Below are positions 6,457 to 12,254 of a DNA stretch of 12,254 nucleotides, one piece after another (position 1 is the first letter of the stretch; each line of letters starts with the position of its first letter). A model generated the notes under the pieces. That model did no database searches and had not been told where the DNA came from. It was given only the letters and a program-made list of their open reading frames with translations. The stretch covers positions 1 to 12,254 of the forward strand of contig CAWALK010000008.1 in assembly GCA_963782915.1 (NCBI GenBank), read 5' to 3'. The position numbers were made by a program, and so were the translations under genes. The DNA comes from an uncultured archaeon (GTDB taxonomy: Archaea > Thermoproteota > Bathyarchaeia > Bathyarchaeales > Bathycorpusculaceae).

Positions 6457-8103
6457 TTATTCTTCGCCCATGCCGCCCATTCCGCCTGGGCCGCCCGGAC
6501 CGCCTTTTGGTGCTTTGGCGGTGATTACGTCGTCGATGCGTAGGATGAGTGCTGCGGATTCGGATGCTGATTTGATTGCTTGTTCTTTGACCATAATTGG
6601 TTCAATGACGCCGTTTGCGATGCTGTCTTGGAGTTTGCCTGTGAATACGTTGATGCCCATGTATTTGCCGTCTGCTTTGTCGTGTACTTGGCGGAGTTCA
6701 ACGAGGATGTCGATTGGTTCGAGGCCTGCGTTTTCTGCGAGTGTTCTTGGGATGACTTCGACTGCGTCTGCGAATGCTTCAACTGCGAGTTGTTCGCGTC
6801 CGCCGACTTTGGTTGCGTATTTGCGGAGTTCTTTTGCCATTTCGATTTCGATTGCGCCGCCGCCGGGGACGATTTTGTTGTTTTCGATGACGTCGGATAC
6901 GACTGAGAGTGAATCAACCATTGCGCGTTCGGCTTCGTCAACCATGCGTTCTAAGCCTGCGCGGATAAGGATGGCTACGCTGTGTGGGTCTTTGCATTTT
7001 TCGACGAAGATCATTTTGTCGTCGCCGATTTTGCGTTCTTCAACGTGGCCTGCGAATCCTAGGTCGTCTTTCTTTAGGTCGTCGAGGTCGCTAACGATTC
7101 TGCCGCCTGTGGCGCGTGCGAGTTTTTCCATGTCTGATTCTTTGACTCTGCGTGCTGCCATGATGCCTTCTTTTGCGAGGAAGTGTTGTACCATGTCGTC
7201 TACGCCTTTTTGGCAGAATATGATGTCTGCGCCTGAGGCTTTGACTTTTGTGACCATGTCTTGGAGCATGGTGGTTTCTTGGTCTAGGAAGGCTTTCATT
7301 TGTGAGGGGTCTTTTATTCTGATTTCAGCGGTGATTTCGGTTTTTTCGATTTCGAGGGCTGAGTCGAGGAGTGCGATTTTTGCGTTTTCTTTCTTTTTGG
7401 GCATGCCTGGGTTGACGACTTCTTTGTCGATGACGATGCCTTGGATCAGTTGTGTTTCAAGGAGGCTTTTGCCTGTTTTCTTGATTAATTGGATGTTGTC
7501 TATGTCAGCGATTGTTTTGCCTCCGCGGACTTCAGCGATTTGTTTGACTGCGTCGATGCTGATTTCTGCGAGGTGGTCTTTTGCTGAGCCGACTGCTTTG
7601 CTGCTCATTGAGGTTAGTGCGACTGTGAGGAGTTTTTTGCGGTCGTTGATGTCGAGTGGTACTGCGGTGTTGTTGATGACTTCGATGGCTTTTTGGCTTG
7701 CTTTGCGGTAGCCGCTGACGAGGATGGTTGGGTGTATGTTTTGGTCGAGGAGTTCTTCGGCTTTGCGGAGTAATTCGCTTGCTAGGACTACTGCGCTGGT
7801 GGTTCCGTCGCCGACCATGTCGTCTTGTGTTCGGGCGATTTCAACCATCATTTTTGCAGCGGGGTGTTCTACGTCGATTTCTTTTAGGATGGCTGCGCCG
7901 TCGTTGGTGATGGTGATGTCACCTAGGCTGTCGATGAGCATTTTATCCATGCCTCTTGGGCCTAAGGTTGTTTTTAGGACTTCACCGATTACTCGGGCTG
8001 CCATAATGTTGTTTCGCTGGGCTTCTTTGCCTCTGCTGCGGGTTGTTCCTTCTTTGAGGATGAGGACTGGCTGTCCTGAACCTGTTGTTGTTAAATACGC
8101 CAT
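6457..8103 (-). CDS. ths: Thermosome subunit (group II chaperonin)
   Basis: GQPVLILKEG, TLGPRGMDKML, ITNDGA, GDGTTS, GGGA.E, ILRIDD and a GGM-rich tail; 548 aa. Alpha versus beta subunit cannot be resolved. Confidence 0.98.
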   Translation of the reverse strand: MAYLTTTGSGQPVLILKEGTTRSRGKEAQRNNIMAARVIGEVLKTTLGPRGMDKMLIDSLGDITITNDGAAILKEIDVEHPAAKMMVEIARTQDDMVGDGTTSAVVLASELLRKAEELLDQNIHPTILVSGYRKASQKAIEVINNTAVPLDINDRKKLLTVALTSMSSKAVGSAKDHLAEISIDAVKQIAEVRGGKTIADIDNIQLIKKTGKSLLETQLIQGIVIDKEVVNPGMPKKKENAKIALLDSALEIEKTEITAEIRIKDPSQMKAFLDQETTMLQDMVTKVKASGADIIFCQKGVDDMVQHFLAKEGIMAARRVKESDMEKLARATGGRIVSDLDDLKKDDLGFAGHVEERKIGDDKMIFVEKCKDPHSVAILIRAGLERMVDEAERAMVDSLSVVSDVIENNKIVPGGGAIEIEMAKELRKYATKVGGREQLAVEAFADAVEVIPRTLAENAGLEPIDILVELRQVHDKADGKYMGINVFTGKLQDSIANGVIEPIMVKEQAIKSASESAALILRIDDVITAKAPKGGPGGPGGMGGMGEE

Positions 8104-8137
8104 ATCGTTATCCCTACTTTAGTAGAATCTTGTTTAA

Positions 8138-8173
8138 TTCGGATTATTGCAAAATCCGAACGCAAATATAAAC
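8138..8173 (-). promoter_or_regulatory. Thermosome promoter: TATA (TTTATATT, 8172-8165) and palindromic operator candidate (8138-8160)
   Basis: TTCGGATT-ATTGCAA-AATCCGAA has perfect 8-bp arms and lies just downstream of the TATA box. Confidence 0.6.
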
Positions 8174-8182
8174 TTTAAGGCT

Positions 8183-8322
8183 TCTTGCGGTGCTTGTTGG
8201 GTTTGGTGTTTATGGGTAAAGCGGTTTTTGGTTGTTTTTAGGGGTGTTTGTTTGTGGTTGGGGTGCGGTTGTGTTTGGGCTTGGGCATGCGTGTTTGGTT
8301 ATTGACTGGTTGTGGATTGTTT
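8183..8322. other. Non-coding G/T-rich low-complexity tract
   Basis: 56 of 60 bases in 8221-8280 are G or T (hand count); no credible ORF. Confidence 0.8.
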
Positions 8323-8369
8323 CGCAAGCAGAACTAATAAAAAGTTGAGGTTCTTTTGCTCAAAGGGCC

Positions 8370-8389
8370 CTACCCCCCTCTATTTATAG
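8370..8389. repeat. Dispersed motif copy 1: CTACCCCCCTCTATTTATAG
   Basis: Matches the copies at 8546 and 11673 in the same orientation. Confidence 0.65.
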
Positions 8390-8545
8390 GCTCAATGAAT
8401 GCAGACAAAAACAAGAGAGAAACGGGCGTTTGTTGGTTTTTGGCGTCTGGGTTTATGCGTTTGTAGGCAGATTCGCGGGGTTGCTATGCGTCTGCACCGA
8501 AAACCTAACCGTTGGGGTTAAAGCGAGGCTTTGCTGCTTTGCCAA

Positions 8546-8568
8546 CTACCCCCCTCCCCTATATATAG
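8546..8568. repeat. Dispersed motif copy 2: CTACCCCCCTCCCCTATATATAG
   Basis: Starts 176 bp after copy 1; ends in the palindrome CTATATATAG. Confidence 0.65.
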
Positions 8569-8645
8569 ACTGAATTTGTGAATAACTTTGCAAACACTGA
8601 ATAGCACAATACATTCGGGCACTGGCATGGCCCATTCAAATCCTT

Positions 8646-8880
8646 AGCCCGCCACCAGCAGAAAAGCAGCCGCCAACCAATAAAGCATCTTGCACCACCC
8701 GTGGCACAACACAAAGGCCCACTAAACCAAAACAACCAACAAACCCACAACATCTGCCAATACCAAAACTAAAAACCGCCCGCTCCCCAACACACAACCT
8801 ATAAACAATCCCCACAAACAAAAATGTAACAAAAAAGGACCTTTCAAACACTCAAACACTCTCCAGAAATCAAGCCAAGA
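8646..8880. other. Non-coding A/C-rich low-complexity tract
   Basis: 52 of 60 bases in 8761-8820 are A or C (hand count); compositional mirror of 8183-8322. Confidence 0.8.
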
Positions 8881-8893
8881 AAGAGCCCTTAAG

Positions 8894-8931
8894 AACCGAT
8901 CACCTACGTTACTAAGTAAAGGTCATCGGTT
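8894..8931. repeat. Compound inverted repeat
   Basis: AACCGATCACCT-ACG-TTACT-A-AGTAA-AGGTCATCGGTT: 12-bp arms with 11 matches and an inner 5-bp palindrome. Confidence 0.6.
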
Positions 8932-9010
8932 TAAAAGATCAGTCATACCAAACCATCTGACGACGACCGACGAAAAAACGGTTGGTTGAGTTAATGGGTT
9001 AACCACTTAA

Positions 9011-9280
9011 TCAGTGCGGGTTATGCTCCCCCGTCAAGACAGGTCGATAAATTATAAACGAGTCCTCTTCAATGATTTTAATTGTAAGATGATTCTTCAT
9101 TAGAACATCTTGCATGCATATTCTTGTTTCTTCATCAAGGGGTGTCTTAATCAAAATTTGATATCCTTTGCTCATTAATGTGGTAGCGTTAGGCGGCATT
9201 AATGCTAAATAGCGTCCATCAAGAAAGGTGCATTTCTCAAAAAGTTCTTTTAAAATAAGTATCGCTTCTTCTCGTTTCAA
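9011..9280 (-). CDS. Small hypothetical protein (about 89 aa)
   Basis: Strong SD GAGGTG (9292-9287) six nt before TTG 9280 gives MKREEAILILKELFEKC...; globular-looking composition; co-oriented just downstream of the kinase. Confidence 0.7.
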   Translation of the reverse strand: MKREEAILILKELFEKCTFLDGRYLALMPPNATTLMSKGYQILIKTPLDEETRICMQDVLMKNHLTIKIIEEDSFIIYRPVLTGEHNPH

Positions 9281-9338
9281 AAAAAACACCTCTTAAATAA
9301 TAGTATTGTGTTTCTAAAAAAACTACTTGTAGGTCCAT

Positions 9339-11429
9339 TTACCGTTTAGCTCTTGGGGGGGGGAAACGCAAAATAAAGGTTGTTCCTTTTCCCTCTTGGC
9401 TCTCAAATGTAACTGTGCCTCCCAGTGATTCTGTCATGCGTTTAACCACTGGCAAACCGAAGCCTTGACCTTTAGACTTAGTCGTGAACATCAGTGTAAA
9501 CATTTTATTCTGAATTTCCATTGGAATTCCAACGCCCGTATCTTCAACCGACAACATAGTGTCATTCCCTTCTTTGTGTGCACCTATTGTTAAAGTGCCT
9601 CCGTTCGGCATTGCCTGAACAGCATTAGTAACTAAGTTGAAAAAAATCCTGTTCAGGTAGTATGCGTCAGCTCTAATCCTTCTCGCGTCTTCTGCTATTT
9701 TTACGCTAACCTTAATATTTTTAGGCAAACCGTTTTTTACTATCAATGCCTCGATAATAGACTTCAGGTCACTTTCTTCAATCTTGGGGTTAAGGGGTCG
9801 AGCGTAATCTTGAAGATCTTGAACAATCTTATTTATGTACTCAACATTCTTGTCAATGCCATCTAAGCTTTCTTTCAAACCCTCTTTAGCTTCACCCTCA
9901 GGCATAGCAGACAAATCCGACTTAGCCAAATACACATCGCTCGCAATAGCTTGTAACGGATTGCGAATGTCATGCCCAACCATGCCAGCAGTCGCGCCAA
10001 TTGCAGCTAACCGCTCAGCATCCTTAAGCTGCTTAGTGCGCTCTTCAACAAGCTTCTCTAAGTCCTTGTTGTATTCTTCAAGTTTGTGTTCACTCTGCCT
10101 TAGTGCTTCTTCAGCTTTCTTGCGCTTGGTAATGTCACGAACCGAGCCGCGAATAATCGCTTCGTTGTTGACCATGCTTAACGACAAATCGGATTCAATC
10201 CAGACAATGGAGCCATTGGGGCAAATAAAGCGATACTCATCTTTATGGCCCTGTAGATGCCCTTCTGAACGACCGCGCTCCATCAACCGAGCAGCATTAG
10301 CAATTACCCGTTCCCTGTCTTCAGGATGTACTCCCTGTAACCATCGCTGCCACGAAATCACAGTACCTTGCTCGTAACCTAACAGTTCATAATGTTCGGG
10401 ACTCCAGTAGGCGATGTCTTTCGATGCATTATACTCGAAGAAACCGATCCTCCCGGCTTGTGCGATGAGGCGAAGCCGAGTCTCGCTTTTACGCAATGCA
10501 TCTTCAGCGTCCTTACGCTCTGTAATGTCTCGTGCCACCCCAAGGAGCCCAATTGGTTTTTTGTTCCTATCGTATAATGCTGTTATTGAAACTTCAGCTG
10601 GAAAAGTTAACTTATCTTTTCTAAAAGCCTTAACTTGCGTTACGGCCTTTCCGGTTTTCTGTATTTGAAGTTTACAATCCATTACTGAATCTTGCTTTTC
10701 CTCAGGAACGATAAAATTAGTAACATTATTACCTATTAATTCCGCTCCTGTCAGACCCAACTGTCTTAAGCTTGCCTTGTTGCAGTCTATAACTTTGCTA
10801 TCCAACCCCATTAAAACAAGGCCATCATCCATTGCATCCATAATATTCTGCAGTCTGTTTTCGTTCTCTTCTAATGCTTCTTCCGCTTTCTTGCTTTCAG
10901 TTATATCTCGAAGAATAACACTTACCTGATTTTCAGCAACTTCCCAAGCATAGATATCATAGCATTTTTTAAGAGCCCCACCATAACCTTCAAAATGCGA
11001 AGGCTTTCCAGTCTTAACCACTTTGTCAAACTTTTCTGGTAATTCATCAAAAAAGTTACCGAACAGTTCCTTTCTACTCTTACCAATTAGTTGTTCTCTG
11101 CTTTTACCTAACAACCGTTCAGTAGCAGCGTTAACTTCAAGAAAAACACCATCAACAGGCTTACCACTTTCATCGTATTTTAGCTCCATAGTAAAATAAA
11201 TGACGTCAAGAGCCGCAAACATATTAGTCATAGCATTGAAAAGCTCGAGAGTATGTGCTTCTTGTGCTTGCTTGCGTTCGGCAATCGTTTGCTCACCATC
11301 TTCAGTGCCATCATTTTTTCTATTTGTAGGCAAACAAGCACCACAATTCCCAAGAGGTTCTGTTATCTCTTTCACAGATAATGAATAAAAACGTTCCCTG
11401 ATTGAGGTTTTTAAAAAACGATGTTGCAA
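9339..11429 (-). CDS. Cytoplasmic sensor histidine kinase (PAS-PAS-PAS-HisKA-HATPase_c)
   Basis: Three PAS/PAC units each ending RDIT.(R/S)K.AE.AL; H-box GMVGHDIRNPL; N-box NLVTNAVQAM; G1 DTGVG; F-box FTTK; G2 GQGFGL; no TM segment. Start codon uncertain. Confidence 0.93.
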   Translation of the reverse strand: MQHRFLKTSIRERFYSLSVKEITEPLGNCGACLPTNRKNDGTEDGEQTIAERKQAQEAHTLELFNAMTNMFAALDVIYFTMELKYDESGKPVDGVFLEVNAATERLLGKSREQLIGKSRKELFGNFFDELPEKFDKVVKTGKPSHFEGYGGALKKCYDIYAWEVAENQVSVILRDITESKKAEEALEENENRLQNIMDAMDDGLVLMGLDSKVIDCNKASLRQLGLTGAELIGNNVTNFIVPEEKQDSVMDCKLQIQKTGKAVTQVKAFRKDKLTFPAEVSITALYDRNKKPIGLLGVARDITERKDAEDALRKSETRLRLIAQAGRIGFFEYNASKDIAYWSPEHYELLGYEQGTVISWQRWLQGVHPEDRERVIANAARLMERGRSEGHLQGHKDEYRFICPNGSIVWIESDLSLSMVNNEAIIRGSVRDITKRKKAEEALRQSEHKLEEYNKDLEKLVEERTKQLKDAERLAAIGATAGMVGHDIRNPLQAIASDVYLAKSDLSAMPEGEAKEGLKESLDGIDKNVEYINKIVQDLQDYARPLNPKIEESDLKSIIEALIVKNGLPKNIKVSVKIAEDARRIRADAYYLNRIFFNLVTNAVQAMPNGGTLTIGAHKEGNDTMLSVEDTGVGIPMEIQNKMFTLMFTTKSKGQGFGLPVVKRMTESLGGTVTFESQEGKGTTFILRFPPPRAKR

Positions 11430-11672
11430 TAATGAAATTGGTTATCTTCACTTAACGGTGAAAACATTAAGACTTTAGAAAAGGGGATCAATGGGGTTTT
11501 TATTAACGTAAGTTAAATCAAAAAATTAGCTATCTAGGCCGGGTATTCGTCTTATGTTGGGTCGACAAAGTGGTATAGGCTATAACGTGTTTGTTTTTCT
11601 CATAGCTGCCGTGTTTGTCTTGTTCTTGGGTTATTGTTTTGATTGTGGGTTGGTTATGGAGCAAACTGCAAG

Positions 11673-11690
11673 CTACCCCTCTGTATAAAG
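11673..11690. repeat. Dispersed motif copy 3: CTACCCCTCTGTATAAAG
   Basis: Same orientation as copies 1 and 2, preceded by a G/T-rich tract (about 11587-11659). Confidence 0.5.
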
Positions 11691-11724
11691 TAAAAAATGG
11701 AAGAAACAGAGAAACCTAAATTGG

Positions 11725-12254
11725 TTATTTCTTTTTCTTGGCTTCTTCCTCTTTGTCTGCTTCTTTGTTGATTTTGGTGTAGTAGTATTCGCCGATGCTC
11801 TTTTGGAATTTGTCCATTTGTGAGTCTTCTTTGTTTACGCGTGGGCGGTAGGTGGTGGAGTCTCTGCGGAAGGTTATGTCCATTTCTTTGAGGAAAGTGT
11901 TCATGCCGCCTCGAAGCGTAGTTGGTGGATGTGCGATGCCGCTGACGCCGGGTTCACCGTTGAAGACCATGAGGCGGTCTGCGATGAAGTCTTGTGTGAC
12001 TACGTCGTGTTCGACGACGAATGCGGGGATTCCGTGGGCTTCTACGACTCTGCGTAGGGTTTTGGCTACGTTTAGGCGTTCTTCAACGTCGAGGTATGCG
12101 CTGGGTTCGTCGAGCAGGAATAGGTCGGTTTTGCGGCTGAGGCACGCGGCGATTGCTACTTTTTGGAGTTCTCCTCCGCTGAGTTCCATAACATTACGGT
12201 CCATTAACACCTGCAATCTGAGGGGTGTGGCGATTTCGGTTTTGTACCAGCTGG
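11725..12254 (-). CDS. rli: ABCE1 / RLI ribosome recycling ATPase, C-terminal part (5' end outside window)
   Basis: LSGGELQ signature, LLDEPSAYLD Walker B/D-loop, VVEHD, hinge motifs FRRD and RPRVNK, GEYYY. The frame stays open to the window edge (SWYKTEIATPLRLQVLMDR). Confidence 0.96.
   Translation of the reverse strand, partial: SWYKTEIATPLRLQVLMDRNVMELSGGELQKVAIAACLSRKTDLFLLDEPSAYLDVEERLNVAKTLRRVVEAHGIPAFVVEHDVVTQDFIADRLMVFNGEPGVSGIAHPPTTLRGGMNTFLKEMDITFRRDSTTYRPRVNKEDSQMDKFQKSIGEYYYTKINKEADKEEEAKKKK

Noticed and set aside
6465-6510. GC-rich short repeats at the thermosome 3' end
   Set aside because: They encode the ordinary GGP/GGM chaperonin tail.
6470-8122. Long antisense ORFs (413 aa at 6470-7711, 132 aa at 7724-8122) and other small frames over the thermosome
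   Set aside because: In-register shadow frames of a conserved, strongly codon-biased gene; Ser-rich translations with no recognisable motifs.
8370-8568. Canonical ORB origin or CRISPR array
   Set aside because: G-strings are present but there is no TCCA-N-TGGA core and no cdc6 nearby. Only two short, non-identical copies 176 bp apart, which does not fit repeat-spacer geometry.
8559-8851. Minus-strand ORFs of 64 and 71 aa
   Set aside because: They are the reverse complement of the A/C tract, giving Cys/Trp/Gly/Val/Phe-rich low-complexity peptides; stop codons are scarce for compositional reasons.
9835-11388. Plus-strand ORFs antisense to the kinase
   Set aside because: Shadow frames of the kinase gene.
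11447-11516. Short palindromes TTCAC-N6-GTGAA and TTAAC-N4-GTTAA upstream of the kinase
   Set aside because: Five-bp arms in AT-rich DNA are expected by chance.

Overview
Archaeal chromosomal segment, shown by a group II chaperonin, ABCE1/RLI, an archaeal-type tRNA and BRE/TATA promoters. The gene style (multi-PAS soluble histidine kinase, strong G+T versus A+C strand asymmetry) suggests a TACK archaeon such as Bathyarchaeia, which is inference only. Left to right: 3' end of a PhoU-domain gene; a vapBC-type toxin-antitoxin pair; an ArsR-like regulator divergent from an MFS efflux transporter; an acyltransferase-3 gene followed by a membrane-anchored esterase; tRNA-Glu(CTC); a DUF475/TerC-like membrane protein; a thermosome subunit; a ~900 bp non-coding region; a small hypothetical gene; a three-PAS histidine kinase; and the 3' part of ABCE1. 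The least explained signals are non-coding. A polar motif CTAC(4-6)TC(1-4)TRTWTAWAG occurs three times, each with a G/T-rich tract on its left. A sawtooth G+T to A+C strand skew flips at intergenic sites and reverses inside genes. There is also a near-perfect palindrome over the thermosome promoter, a compound 38-bp inverted repeat, and a non-canonical C55 in the tRNA T-loop.
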